This document shows, one piece after another, positions 1-14,800 of a DNA stretch of 64,000 nt. This DNA is from Fistulifera solaris (taxonomy: Eukaryota). Each line of letters opens with the position of its first letter. Positions within the stretch are counted from its first letter, which is position 1. The stretch spans positions 868,001-932,000 of the forward strand of contig AP026125.1 of the NCBI GenBank assembly GCA_030295235.1, written 5' to 3'. Position numbers and translations under genes: made by a program. Under the pieces are notes generated by a model. The model saw nothing but the letters and a program-made list of their open reading frames with translations, was not told where the DNA came from and did not search any database.

Positions 1-446
1 TGTTGCCGCGATCCAGCGCATCTTCGAATTTGGTACGTCGGACTCCCAATCCCTACGCGGCGGTACACAATGATCATCTCGTCATGGGTGCAGATGGGAG
101 AAATGTGGCCGATTTGACGCGTCGTCTTTTGAAACAGGAGGAAAATGATAATGCGTGGGTGCCCCTGTCCGAACTGGAAGCCTTGCAGCGCTCACTAAAA
201 TGGAGTCACATTTGTCCCACAGGGCCCGATTCCATCCCCACCGTTCCTCATGCTGAATCGGATCCCATGTGTATGACGCAAGCGCCGTCCGTTTACTTTT
301 GTGGCAATGCTCACGCATTCGACACTGCGATCAGCAACGGAACACGATTGGTTTGTGTGCCCAAATTTGCGACAACCGGACAAGCCATTCTGGTCAATCT
401 GGAAAACCTGGATGTCGAAATTCTAAGCTTTGACGCTCAAATCTAA
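1..446 (+). CDS. POLD2: DNA polymerase delta small subunit, 3' part (gene starts before the window)
   Basis: Translation has NLVRRTPNPY, LKWSHICPTGPDSIP, DPMCMTQAPSVYFCGN and RLVCVPKF..TGQAILVNLENL, matching the conserved POLD2/Pol31 C-terminal phosphoesterase-like region. Confidence 0.85.
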   Translation, partial: LPRSSASSNLVRRTPNPYAAVHNDHLVMGADGRNVADLTRRLLKQEENDNAWVPLSELEALQRSLKWSHICPTGPDSIPTVPHAESDPMCMTQAPSVYFCGNAHAFDTAISNGTRLVCVPKFATTGQAILVNLENLDVEILSFDAQI

Positions 447-497
447 TTATAAACAAATTATGAATCTATTACGTTACAATTGCTAACAATACATAAT

Positions 498-2285
498 TCA
501 CTTGCGATATTTACGGAGTTGATTCGCCAGCTCTTCCGGTAGTGACGGTACATGAACGAGACCCACGCTTTTGCTGAATTTGTGAGCAGCGTCCATGATC
601 TCGTCAGCGGATATGTTCCGGCGCGCGTACTCTTGGTAGTAGGCAACCATCGAAAGGTAGGCTGCCTCTGCTTTCGGGGTCAGCGTCGCGTGTCGGCTCC
701 CTATCAAGTGTTTCCCTTTGTCCAGTCGCTCTTGGTCGTTCTGATCCAGAGACAAACTTGCTTCGTGTTGAGGCACGTTCTGCTTGATAAAAGTCTTTTG
801 CAAAACGGATTCAAAGGGCAAGAGCACTTGCAATCCAGCGCCTTCTTTTCCGGCGCGACCCGTTCGTCCGAGACGGTGTAGGTACAGATCCGCACTATAA
901 GGAGCGCCGTACTAGTGGTTGATCATAGATGAGAAAGAGACGTATACACAATTGGATAAACAATCTGCAGCGAAAGGAATGTACCTACCTGTATCACGCA
1001 AGTGACATCCGGATAATCCATACCACGTGCTGTGACATCACTAGTCAACAAAATACCATTCGAGGCACTTCGGAAGGAGCTGCTGACTCGAGATCTAGAG
1101 GATTGAGACATCCGCGAATGAATCTCCCATACTGGACCAATTTCCATCACAGTTGACAAGTACTCGGCAAAAAAATCGTGCAAGCTTGGCAGTCGGGAAG
1201 AAAACAACGAGCTTGAACCTATCCGGTTGATCTGTCATAGCTGACTGCAATAAAAATACAAGTGTGCAAACGTAGTCCTCCATGTTAGTGAGCTGCAAGT
1301 AGGATTGCTTCACTTGACTGTTTGCGCGCTCTCCAGATGCAATGTTGCCTACGCAGTCGATTTTTACGTACTCCTTGGGCAGGTATTGCTCAAAGCTTTT
1401 CTCGACGCTCTTGGGCAAAGTCGCGGAAAATAGAAGCGTTTGGCGTTTCTCCGGTCGAGGCAGCTGAGATGAAATTGTTTTGATGTCCTTCCAAAATCCT
1501 TCGACGAGGCGGTCTGTCTCATCCAACACTATTATGGGGATGTCCGACAGAATGATGTCGCCGAATTTTCTACCCTTGACACGAGTTTCGCGAATATGGT
1601 CTAGCAAACGCCCCGTGGTAGACACCAAAATAGCCGGTTTCTGCTTTGCCCACATGTTCGAATCCCTTCGCATTTGCGTCCCGCCGTACATAGACTGTAC
1701 CGTCCAAATTTTCGGCAAGTACTTCAATAGTCGTTCCGCTTCGTCTCCAATTTGCTGCGCGAGTTCACGAGTGGGTGCTATGATAAGTATTCCGACAGAC
1801 CTTCCGGGAAGAAAAGTGCGAGTGTCGAGCAACCGCTGAATACTTGGCAGGAGAAAACTCAACGTTTTGCCTGTCCCCGTTTTCGCCTTTCCCACGCAAG
1901 ACGTGCCATTTAAAGCGTGAGGCCAACTTTGGGCTTGGATATCAGTCATTTGCTCCAATCCCATTTCGTGTATAGCACGCAGGAGAGAAGGATGTAAGCT
2001 CTTGATTTCATCAAAACGTGTGGAAGTCAAAATAGTGGAATCTTGAAAAGGCGCTGATGCGGGAGATTGTTGTCCCGGGGGTGCGACGGGTACACGAGCG
2101 CCTCGACGAATGGGTTGATTCGGTCTATCAGATCTGACGCTTGGTTGAATGCTGTCTGACAAGAGCGAGAGCAACGAAGCACTTGGATTGACTGAGAGGG
2201 ATTGCGGAACAGATGGGAGAAAAGCGTTGGCGCTTAAGCAGGCTAGGAGCACTAGCAGTACGTGAGCTCCGAAACCATGCCTCAT
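498..2285 (-). CDS. DEAD-box RNA helicase (Mss116/RH31-like), probably plastid-targeted; intron ~912-988 and apparent frameshifts near 1170 and 830
   Basis: Q motif MTDIQ, AKTGTGKT, APTRELA, motif II variant DETD, SAT, ARGMDYP, and YLHRLGRTGRAG after the intron. The N-terminus is a signal peptide followed by ANA-FLP. Confidence 0.85.
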
Positions 2286-2883
2286 CTGTCGAAGCCTACA
2301 AAAAAAGAACGCTCAGTGTAAGATATTGCCAGGTCCGTGAAAACTTTTCCCTTTCAAATCAAGTGTAGCCATCATACAAATGCCTCGTTCTTAATCGACA
2401 TCAAGGTCGTCTCAGCATAACGCTGTAACAATTCTTTCCGACTCGTCATCTAAAAAAGTTTCTAAATCACTTGGCCCAAAACTTTGATTGTGTCAATCAG
2501 TCAGGTAATAACTTACCGCTTAATCCAGAGATGATAGAGCATTCATACAACCATTTTGATGGTTGATATTTGGCATCCACTTTACTTCATTCGAAGGATG
2601 GTTTCATGTTCGATTTTTGTGTTGCTTTTCTTGTTCGATGGTCGAAAAGCGAGGGCGCGCAAGTTATCTCCGGTCCCAGGACAGACGAGCGTCTGATCGT
2701 AGCCCGTGCGGATGTCACGTTTGCGTCCGTCGCATCGTTATTGCACTGCACTGCAAGCCAAGCTGCAAGCGGCAAACAGCCAGCAGCAGAAGGCGAGCTA
2801 TCTCATTGTTAACAACAAAACAATAATAGCAAACGAGATCGTTTGCCATTCTTTCACCGTAACGATATTGAAAGTTATAAAAA

Positions 2884-5800
2884 TATGGATTCTCCTCCCG
2901 GCGCGTCTCCGTTAATGACGGGTAGCATGAACTGGGATCCCGTCCGAAGACGATTATTGGGTGCAGATCTTTCGGATGGATTGTCGGCAGCAACCGAGCT
3001 CCGCGAGAATATAGATGTGGTTCACGGCAAAGAGTTTCCTCTTATGCTCTCTGCTTTATTACCTTCATTTTCCAGTGTTCTTACTCACCGAACAAAGCCA
3101 TCTCCCGACGTGTCTTCGGTCGAACACCGATTTCGTAATACTATTCTTGATATCATATCCAAATTTCCCTGCAATGACGTTCTACGGCCCCATGCTCCGC
3201 ACCTTGTTGCTTTGGCGATCGATATATTGAATCGAGACTATGAAGAGAATGCCCTGCTTGCTTGTCGAATCATTTTTGACCTTTACAAGGTGTATCGTGC
3301 TCTCCCGCAAGACTATGTTCAACCATACGTCGACTACGTGCTAAATGCTTATCGGTCGCTTCCCGTCGCAATGCAAAGAAACTTTGTTTTGCCGACTACA
3401 GCAGTAGCTGAGCCTGCAAGTACGGCGAAAGAAGATGTTAAAGAGGGAACTACGGTGGCAACCCCTGTGGAGGCTGCGGAGACTTCTACGCCTCCTGCCC
3501 CACAAGCACTTGCACTTCGTTCCAATGTTTCCTTTCGTGTTTTGACTGAGTGTCCTTTGATGGTGATGCTTATGTTCCAGCTCTACCCAAAAATACGTCA
3601 ATAACAATGTACCGGTGCTAATTCGGGTGATGATGGAGGCCTTGGCTCTACGAGCTCCAAAACTAGAGTCGTTGACAGGAAACCAGCCTTCTTCTCCCAC
3701 TTCCTCCGTCGATCCACAAGCCAAGCGTTTATACTTCAGTCGAACTCGCGAATTGGTGGGCGCACAAGCGAAAACCCTCTCTTTTCTGACGTATTTGCTA
3801 CGGAGCTTTTCCTCCGAATTAAAAGCGTACGAGGACAGGTTGGCCAGCAATGTGGTGTCGCTCATGTCAATCTGCCCACGGGAGTCCGTGTCAACACGAA
3901 AGGAACTACTTGTGGCGACGCGCCATTTACTCAACAGTGATTTTCGCAAGGGTTTCTTCAAACATGTGGATGTCATGTTGGACGAACGTGTCTTGATGGG
4001 ATCTCAAAATCCCAATGTCGTTTCGGATCAAGCAATGTTAAGGCCACTAGCCTATACGACGCTCTCGGATCTGGTTCAGCATGTTCGGACTAATTTGACC
4101 ATGCCGCAAATATCTCGTGTGGTGACTATTTTTTCGAGGGTGCTCCATGATAGCAGCATGACGCTACCCATGTCTACGCAGTACATAGCTATCCGCACAT
4201 TACTGAGTGTTGTCGATGTGATTTTTCACAACAAAGATCCTAATCCGCAACTCGGAAGGGATATGTTGGTGCGAGCTCTTTCGGCTATGGTTAATAAACT
4301 GTCGTCGCTGTGCGAGAATTTCTGTTTGGAGGATGACTGCGCATACAACCGTTCGAGTAAATGTGTTCTAGGTGATCTCGCACCCGCAGATTCTGTTCGT
4401 GACATTCAAAGTATGATCCGAGCTATCATCGTAGGTCATAAGACAATCATTTACTATTTGAACGGTTATCGCAATCAAAGAGAGAAGATTGGCGATAAAA
4501 AGGATATACGTCCGTCTATTCCTGCGGGGTCCAACGAAGAAGTGTCTTCGGGCCTTTTTAAGCTTACTCACACGGAGGTAGCGCTGATTGATCGTTTCAT
4601 TTCTACAACGTTCCCAGCTGTCAAAATATTGACGATTCCTGATCCGAATCACACCATACTTCCAGCTGAGAAAAGCTTGGTGGATCAACACCGAGATGCA
4701 CTTACATATTTTGCTTCCGCATTCACTACTCTTGATGGGCATAATTTACGGCGGACATTAGGACTTCGCATGGATCTTCTGTTTGATGCCATCGTTGATG
4801 ATCCCACAGTGATGATAGTTCCACGGCATCTACTCGCTGCGAACGGATCAACTAGCTTTGAGTTCTGTAGCATTCTTCTTGATTTTCTCATGGATCATTT
4901 AAATGAGATTTCCTTTTCGCGGGAGTCGGACATTGTGTTTTTGGACCAATGCCCGTCCAATGGTACCCTGGATCCGAAGCAACATGCGGAGAGTGATTTT
5001 AGGCGCTTGACTCAACTCCCGTATGAAGGGGAGAAGGCTAGAGAGAGAAAAAGCAACACCTTACTGCAGCTTTTTGAAAGAGTCCTTAAGTCCTTATCTG
5101 TATTCCCAGATAATGAAGCTGCCGTCCGGCGTCACCTCCGTCGGATAGTTGCCACGTGTCTTCGCAATTCCATGGAGAATGTCGAGGTCTGGCCTGATAA
5201 CAATTGCATGCTGCTCCGCTACGTCTTTCGATCGATTTCAGCTGGAAAATTTGAAGAATCGTATCGTGAATTACTACCTTTGATACCTTTTGTTTTGAAT
5301 GGACTTCATCGAATCATATCGCTTTCGAAGGATTCACTTGTGCTTCGACAGACAGCCATCGAACTTTGTCTAACTATTCCAGCCCGACTCTCGTCTCTTC
5401 TTCCACACCTGAATCTTCTTCTTCGAATCATAATTCCTGCTCTCGAATCGAACTCGGGAGACTTGGTGAATTTGGGGTAAGAAATGTGTTGTTTGTTGTT
5501 CAAATCGATTTGTCGCCCGATTTTTTATCCCTTACGATCAATGTTGCTTGATTAGACTTCGAACCTTGGAATTCTGGATTGATAATCTTAATCCCCTTTT
5601 CCTTTATCCTGAAATCTCGAAAGAAAAAGATATCTTGTCCTGTTTAATGGTTGCTCTTTCGCGGCACCTACGCCCGGCTCCATACCCTTATGGGCTCCTC
5701 ACGTTACGTTTGCTGGGAAAGCTTGGTGGCAAAAATAGGGAGTTTTTGCGTGAGCCGATGAGTCTTCCACCGGGGCCCGAGATGAGTGACAACTATTGCT

Positions 5801-8800
5801 TTGTTAGGTGCAGGTGGAACAAAGCTGATGGTTTTCTTTGTTCTACGCAAAGTGATTTTGCGCTTCCATACCCCCTCGGACGATGTATCCGGTTACTTAA
5901 GTAAGTTGTGCGCGGAATGCCGACAACGAGAATTTCGTAACTTATGTTTCTTCTTTCAGATTGGTAGCACAAGAAGAAATAACGAGAAATCAGCTTAATG
6001 TCGATGATGAAGGAGACGCCCCACGCGCAAGTGTCTCCACTTGGAACGATAGCCAAAAGTTATGGGGCTGTCCGATGTCTGAGGTTGACTTTTCCGCATA
6101 CTCGAGAGACGTTTCGAAGGTTGTCCTATGCGAACTAGCGAAAGCCGCTTTGGATGTCCTTCGCCATTCGTTTTTACATGTCCTTGATTGCAGTGAGATC
6201 AATAACAGTAACGACGCGGAAAGTAACTCAGAAGGCAAACGGAAGATTTTACTGGATTGTCTGTGTGGTTTGATGCTAGCAGGAATGGTCAATTCTCTCA
6301 AGCAAGAAGCCGCTAGTTTAGTTACAGCTAACTTATCTCGAATTCCAGTCGATGAGCTTATCATGAGCTTCTCAGCTTTCATCGTTGTTGCTCCTTTGGG
6401 TTGCGAAAGCATAGTCAAAGAGCTACTTGCAAAGTTTGTCCACATTGAAGGGACAACCCACGACAGTCAACAGGATACTTTAAGCTCATGTCTGGTCAGT
6501 CTCTGCGAAGGCTATGGCAGTTCTCCGTGGTTCAAGCACTGTGCTTTTCAGGCGACAATACTCTTTGTCGTTGACTTGATGGACCAAGCAACAATTCAAA
6601 AGCTCGAGCTGAATCTCGTTAATTCGTCGTTCGTGGCCTTAAAATCTATGCCTCGTGAGCTTTCTAGAAGAGGGGTCGAGGCGGCTTTGTTTGCAATTCG
6701 ACTGTGCTGTCGACTATACTGCCCTAACATTGCGTTCGACGAAAGCACAATTATCTGGGATGGAGATAATACTGATGTAGCTGGAAGGAAGAACGCAGAA
6801 TCCGATGCGGCGTCTCAGAATTGCTGTCGTCCAAATGACGACGCATTTAAAGTCATCTTTCAGTCCATTGCTTCAATGCAGCACCTTGTGCGGTAAGTTG
6901 CTCAAACTTGACGTTTTGGGAGTCTTTGTTTGACACGGAGTATCTGATATTTTGTCTAGATTTACGGCACGATTTGTGTTGGTCAATTTCATTTTGAGAC
7001 CATTTTCAGTGGAACAGAACAATGAATTTGTTGCAGAGCATATGTCTTTCATTACAAGAGTACTTTTCTCTCGATCGCTTCGACTGATGCCTCTGCCTCA
7101 GCAGGCCGGCATTGTCGACGGCCTTACTGTTGTCATCAAAGAGCTTCCAAATCTAATCCCTTTGTCAGACCAGCACCTTCTGGCCTTTTTATCCGAACTG
7201 CTAAAAATGTCATCTGTCGCTGATGGGGAAATGACTGACAATACGCTTGCTAATTCTGTGGTGGACAAGAATGGATACGTTGGGACTACCATTGATCTAA
7301 ACACAGACTTTCGACCGTCTCACGCTTCAGCTTTATTCAATCGTCGCGAGTGCATGGCTCGTTTCCAGAACGCCTGGCTCAATGTCCCAGACGAATGTCC
7401 TGTTGGTGTGGAGCTACGAGTGGCATCGATAAGGCTGTTTCACGTTGCAATAAAAGTTTATACCGACGCTTTTTTTGATGCAGACACCAGCACTCCGATT
7501 GGTAAGACATCGTTTTTTGCATCGAGATCTTATTTTTAACTTACAATTTGTTGTCCTATTTTGAATAGGAAACATTCGTCCCCATGTTGTGAGCCTACTG
7601 TTTCGCTCGCTAGTATCTTTTCCTTTGAGAGCCGTTAATGCTGCTCACAGCGCTCTTGGTGACGTTCTGTCTTTAAGTGTTGTTGCGAAACCAGGTGAAT
7701 CCCTTGACAAGCCACAGTCTCGTCTTCCGAAAGAGTTACTCCAGACGTGTATACGGCCTGTTTTGCTGCATTTACGAGAGTACACTCGTCTCTCCGTGCC
7801 TTTACTTCGGGGGCTCTCGCGCCTACTTGACCTCTTGAGTTCCTGGTTCAACAAAACCTTGGGCGAAAAATTGCTGGACCATCTTCAAAAGTGGGCTGAT
7901 CCCCCACGGATAGTCGGGCATAGCATCTGGAAACAGGGCGCTGAGCCTCTTGTTGCAGCAGGCATAATTGACATATTCGCGTCGCTCCCGCATTCGTCGA
8001 ATTTCGTGGAACCTTTGGTTAAAACCTGTATAAAGCTCGAAGCTGCTCTTCCGGCTTTCAAGGGTAGATTTCTGACGTCGCCTTACCGTGAGCCCCTTGC
8101 CAACTATCTAAACAAGCATCCACAGGTCACTGTCAACTTCTTCTTCCAACGCTTCAAGACACCTATGTATAGCGAGCTTTTTCAGGATCTTTTGACACTT
8201 AATCAGAGTACAGAATTGAGGTTGTATCTTCGGAGCAAACAAAGTTCAGCAATGTTATTGAATGTTTGTTTTGAGCGCCCTCTGGCAATAATAAGAGCGG
8301 AGAAGAGCGTTTCAGCTGGTACCACAAAAGCTTCTCTGGCAACTCATGGGATCCTTTTCCAATCTACTTCGCCCGATCAGTCAGGGATGACGGTAGATGC
8401 CCTCGAAATGCAGTTCCAGGGATTTCGCCTTGTAAATACACTTCTTTCCTACGATCCTGAGTATTTTAGTGAACACAATGACATTGTACGTGCTTTCAGG
8501 TGGTTGTGGAGAAGTAAGGGAAGATATCTTCGGATGCAACATGAAGATCTAGTACCTCCTAGGTATCACGACGAGTCGGCAATGCTTGCTAAGTTCTTGA
8601 TTGCCTACGCGAAATTTGTTCCGAATGAAGACATGGATATTTTATTCGAGTTGATAAGGGTGTTTCTGCAGCCTTCAACAAGCGATTTCTTCGGTGTCGG
8701 TCAGTTTTTGGCAAGAACCGTATCAACTGTTTTGACGCCTGGACAGAAGAGGCAGGTCATACATCGGTTCTTTGCCCTTATAGCCGGGGAGAGCAACGAA

Positions 8801-11800
8801 GAGACGAAGCTGTTGAGTATTCAATTTCTGATCTATCCGATTCTTCGTTCAGCCGGGGTGAAACACAGCGAAGCAGAACTGCCCAATAATTCTGCGGAGA
8901 GCTCAAATTTCGTCGATGCCGACATTGTCGAGAAATTCACACATGAAGTCATCTATCGAAAAGGCTCTCCCATCAACTGTGGGGATAGGTTAAACGTTGA
9001 GCTTCTGAAGCTGCTCAACGTTTTCATCAACCAGTACCCCCACTTTGTCGAACCTTATTGTGATGATATTTTTCAGTTTTGCTGGACCCTAGTGAAAAGC
9101 GAAGATGCTGCGTGCAAGGGATGGGCGCACGTTGTCGTTGCTTGTTTTGTGAAGACGTTTGCTACTCCAGTGAAGATGGTCACCAAAGCATACGAATCTT
9201 TGCTTCGATCTCATCAGCAAGAAGGGAAAGATTTAATCAAAAACGCTCTAGACGTGCTAGTTCCCTGTCTTCCCAAAAGATTGCCGGAGGAGGATTTGAA
9301 AAATGTCATCGAGCAAACTTGTCAGTTATTGCTTGAAGAAGGAAACTCAACCCCCAGTTGGCACATATATGTCAGACAATCGTGAGCAGTCCCAACATAT
9401 TCTTTTCATGTCGAGCGCGAATTGTTGGTTACCTTATCAGCTCGCTTCATCGTCTTGGACTCCCACAAAACACATCTCTGGAAAGTCGTTTGCTGGTTGT
9501 CGACCTTGTGTGTCTGTTGCTTAGTTGGAATGAGAAGCAAAAAGCTGAAATTGGCGGTGAAATTTTGACCAGGGATCAAGGAGAAATTCTTGCCAATTTT
9601 CTCATACGTTTGAGGGTCTTGATTGCAGAGCCACCGGATCCAAGGCATAAATTTGAAGCCACCGGATCCCCGAAGTTGGAACGAAAGGCGAACGAAGTCA
9701 TTGAGCGCCTGCTGGGAAGATGGACATTGTCCCTTAGGCCGACACCATTTGAGAAGGCTATTGTAAAGGACCAGGCTTTTGATGGTCAAATAATAGCATG
9801 TCTCCAATTGCTGACAGTCATCGCTTCGAGTGGCCACCACGTTTTCTTCAAGGAAAATCAATCTTTGGTGAGAGACTTGTTACGGACATCGTTCGTCAAA
9901 GCAAAAGAGAGTGAAAGTGTTCTGGGAACTTTAAAGGCTTTCCTCGAGATGGGAAACACGAACGTGATCGTCGGAAGAGACGTCGTGACCATACTGGATT
10001 CTTTCATATCAGGTATAGTCCATGAACAACGAAAGAAACGTCGCGCATCTGATCATGAACAGGGCTCGACGTCAAAAAGTCGCGACCGCCAAGGAAATGA
10101 CGATGTCTTGGTAAATTCCTTTGCTATATTCATTTTGGAGATGACCTCCTTATTTTGCTTGAATGAGAAGCCTCTTCTCCAAGTTGTCTTACGATCCTTG
10201 GTGTCGTTTGGCAGTATTTTGACTAAAGCTCATCTTTCCGACGCCGCAGCCAAGCAAAGACAGGGGTCTCCAAATAGTCCACATATCACATCCCCTGGAA
10301 GACAATCTCACACACCCACGTCCGGAATTCTCGGCGAAGCCTTTAGAGTAGATTCCAGGAATTCGCCCAAATTTAACCCTATCAAGTCGAAGTTCGCGAA
10401 GGACGGTGAAGCTGGTGCAAGTCAATTGGCTTTAATAGAGATTTTGTCGATACTCGAAAATAGCGAGATCTCTTTCACGTTTACTACAATTCGAAAAGCT
10501 TTGTTTCAGATGATAAGCAACCTGCTGGACTCGAGCGATTCTGCTCAAGTCTTGCTTATTACGGCGCGAATTTCCGGAAAATGGATCATAGGGGATGACC
10601 GTGGTTTGCCCCTCACGACAAAGGAACGACGTTGTTTACTTGGCAAGATCGCGACGATGGACACTACTGCTATCTCTAGTGACCTCGAAGCCCAACCGTT
10701 AAATGACTTCGTCAGCATTTTCATCGAAAAATACAGTAATTCACTCAAAGCGACTGACCGGCTTGACGTGGTAGAACTTCATGTTGCATGTTTGCTTCAC
10801 ACGAATGCGGACGTTCGTCATAGAACATGGAAGTGGCTATCAGGCGGAAATCTCATTACTATTGCTCACTTTTGGGAGTTATTGCACTTGAACCTGGAGG
10901 CACTGGGCGGTCGTTTCTGGATCACAGTCATTGTTGACGTTCTACTCATGTCGTCCTCTGATGATGGTACAGGTCTACTTCAATCACTGCGCACTCTGGC
11001 CCATGCTGATCCCACCCTGAGCTTGGAACTATTCACGTCTCTGCTACAGGCTGTTTGGCAGTACATGCCAACTGATTCTTTGCGGGTAAAAATGACCTCC
11101 AACCTAGAATTGCTTCTCTCGCGTCCTTATCATGCGCAATTTCTCGGTAATGAGGAGACAGAGAACGACAGTCGTTGTTCAAACGCCGTTCGTGCTCTAG
11201 TTAATGCTCTTTACTCCTTCAACCAACTCCTTTGATCGATATGACAGTTCTCGTCGCTCTGGCGGAGTCATATAATTGTTGGCGCGAAGTCCTCTCTATT
11301 CTTGAAATTTACTACGTTGGCCTTCAGGGGCACCCGCTGGGAACGGATTGTCTTCATGCAATGAGGGCTTGTTTTCAACGACTAGAAGAAGATGGTATGT
11401 GGATGGGGATAGCAGCACTCTCTTGCAAATTACCACAAACTCGTCGTGTACTTTCCAAAGAAGTGTACGGAATGGTAAATGAGGCAGTTGCAGGTTACGC
11501 TGGTTTGATGGAGCTTGTTCAGGACGAAAGTTCGCCGATGGAGGTGGATGATTTTGAAATGAGTCTTTGGGAAGATCGTTGGATTGGACTTCAAAAGGAT
11601 ACTTGCCAGTTAGATTTAGTTTCGGAGTATGCCAGTGAAACAGGAAATCCGCATTTAATGTTGGAATGCGCATGGAAAACTCGCAAGTGGGCCGAAGTGC
11701 GTTCTTTGTGCTCATCTGCAAGTTTAATACCGAGCGTTGAAGCAGGTGACCCGCTCGTCAAGTTAAGCGAAACTCTCTTAGCTGTCGCCGATGGAAAGCT

Positions 11801-14800
11801 TAGCGATGTAGAAAACTTGCACGCGCAGACTGCGCAGCTTTGTCTATACAAATGGCAACTCTTGCCCAAGTTGTCGAGTGGCAGTGCATCACATGCATCT
11901 ACGTTACATTTCTTCCACCGCCTTGTTGAAATCAGAGAGTCGGGTCAGATAATGGTCGAAACCAATAATCATTCGAGCGCAAAAACACTTCCAGATTTGA
12001 AGAATCTTCTTAATGCTTGGCGCCATCGTTTACCCTGTGAGTCAGATAAATTATCCGCCTGGGATGATGTTTGTGCATGGAGGGAGCACATGTTTTCGGC
12101 CGTAACCTCTAACTTCCACTGGTCAGAGCCTAACACCCTTGCAACGTTGCACGATCGTCCGTGGACAATCATAAGAATGGCGAAAACGGCCAGAAAACAA
12201 GGAATGCAAGATGTGTCATTGCATTTCCTCAACAAGACATCTGAAGAGCGTTCGATGAACGTTTCAGACGCTTTCCTGAAATTAAGGGAGCAGATTCTTG
12301 CTTACTTCAACCCAGATTCCGAACTTGAAAGACACGGAGGCTTGAATTTAATTAATTCAACAAACCTTTCATTTTTCGACCAGGCGCAAAAAAGCGAACT
12401 GTTTCGACTCAAAGCGCAGTTTCTCTCTTCGCTAGGTTCTAGATCGAAAGCAAATCAGGCATTTTGTCATTCTGTGGAGATTTGTGCAACTCATGCCCGA
12501 GCATGGAACAGTTGGGGTGAATTGTGTTCCTCATTAGGAGCAGTTGCTGAAAAGCAAGCTGAGCAAGGGAGCGTTACAGGTACCACAGAAGACAGCGTGT
12601 CTCAAGACAAAGCGATTGCTGCAAAAAAGGTCGCTCAGTACTTGGCCCAAGCAATGGGTTGTTATCTCGAAGCTGTTCGGATTGATGGTAACGAGTGGGC
12701 CAGAGTTCATCTCCCTAAGTGCCTATGGATGCTAAGTAAGGATTCGACGTCCAGTAATATTTTGAGTCAGACTCTGGAAGACCGCGGCAAATTGATACCT
12801 GCTTGGGTATGGTTACCATGGGTGCCTCAATTATTAACGTGTTTCTACAGACCAGAAGGACAAGCAGTGAAAACTATTTTTTCTGATCTTGTCCGTTGCT
12901 ACCCTCAGGCTGTATATTATCCTCTTCGATCTTTTTACCTCGAGCGTAGGGACGTGGAAAGGGCAAGAAGTTCGAGTGCACAGGAGTCCCACCAAATGGG
13001 ATCAGTTGGATTAGCGGAGGTAATGATGTCTCTCTTACGGAGATCTCACGCTTCTTTGTGGAGCACGCTTGAATCCGTCCTGGAAGAGCTGATTGTAAAA
13101 TTTCGCCCTTCTTATGAAGAAGAACTCCTGTCAACGCTCGTCGCGTTGCTCGAGAGGGCAGAAGCTCAAGTAGGTACCATCGGCAAAAACAGCGACGAAG
13201 AAGGTGTTATTGTCCCTGTTTGGAAGACTTTGGGCCGCATCGCTGTGAAGTTTTTCCGTCCGGTGGATGAAAGTAGTGTGAAGAGAGACGAAAGAGCACG
13301 AAAAACTACTCAGTTTAAGGCTGCGTACAAGGACCAGTTCGAACGAGACTTTGATGTCAAATCGGAAAGTGATGCAGCCCCTGCGACAGAAGGCCAACCT
13401 AGTTTCTCACTTGAAGAACTGCTCGAAAAACTGAGTGCGTGGAAGGAAAAGCTTGAAAATCATGTTCTCTCGATGCCTAAATCGATGTCCCTGATAGAAA
13501 CATCACCCTCGCTAGCAATATTTGGAGTTGGAGATTCTCCAGATTTATGGCCTGGTTCTTGCGACCCTCTGTCTCAAGGAATGAAAGGTGAACGAGACTT
13601 TCTGTCTGACGATGATGCGATGTCTTCGACACCAATCGCATCAACATCATCGTCAGCAGCTGCTGCACAAAAAGCAAGTTACATTTCGTCCAAGGCTGGT
13701 GCCGCAGAAGCAATGAGAGAAGGAGTGGGCGGTCAATATGGCGGTGGATCTTCACGCATTGAGGTTCCTGGTCAATACGCTCCAAATTCGTCTTCTTGGG
13801 CTGACAGTAAACCGTCTCCAGAACTCCACGCAAAAATGATAAAATTTGAGCAATCTGTAGAAGTGTTGCGCCGAAACGACCAATTAGTGAGACGAATTGG
13901 AATAGTTGCCAGTAATGGAAAGACTTACAGATTTCTACTTCAATTTGCAGTCCCATACTGGACAAGGACTGATGAGCGTACCGCCCAAGTTCATTACTTA
14001 GTGGACAAAGTCATTCGAAAAGATATCAGAAGCGTTCGTGCCAACTTGTCGGTCCAGCCCCAAGCAGTCATCCCAGTCGCCCAACGACTGAGGCTGATTC
14101 GCGAGCCGGAAGATAGGATTTCGCTTGATGAGATTTATCGTCAGCACTGCGCGAAAACAGACTTAGACCCCGCAGCTTTGTGTCAAGAACATACAACACA
14201 GATCAAAACTCTACTCATGAGTATAGCTCAAGACAGCGTTGAAGACAAAAAAGATCGTTCTGTAGCTGAGGAGGAAGGCAAGTTACGAATTTTCGATGAA
14301 ATTGCTTCTCGGAAGGGTGCCGAATCAAACATTGTGTCAAGTTACCTCCAGTCAACGATGAAATGCCCGGAATCAATTTTCCAATTTCGACGAAGCTTTG
14401 CGCAGCAGTGGGCAATCAACTGCTTGCTTCAGTTTGTCTTTTCTATCTCTGATCGCTCTCCGACACGCGTAGTAATAGTCGCGTCAAGCGGAGGAGTCCT
14501 TGCACCAGATTTCAGGGTCTCTTACAGCAGTCAAGGATTCATGGAAACGCCACGAGTCCCTTTCAGACTTACATCAAATCTTCTTGATACGATTGGGGTG
14601 TCTTTGCTAGACTCGACGTTTATCACTTCAATTTGTCGAGTCGCCGCAGCCGTGCGTAGTAATCGGCATGATATCGACCCGACTTTACGCCTGTTAATGA
14701 GAGATGATCTCGTGACTTTCTATACGAAATCTATGGCTAAATCAGATTCGCAAACACAAGAAATGGAGAAACAGCTTGGTGATCGCGTCTCTCGTAATGT

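Noticed and set aside
14400..14580. Missing catalytic residues in the PI3K-like domain
   Set aside because: Expected: TRRAP/Tra1 is an established pseudokinase.
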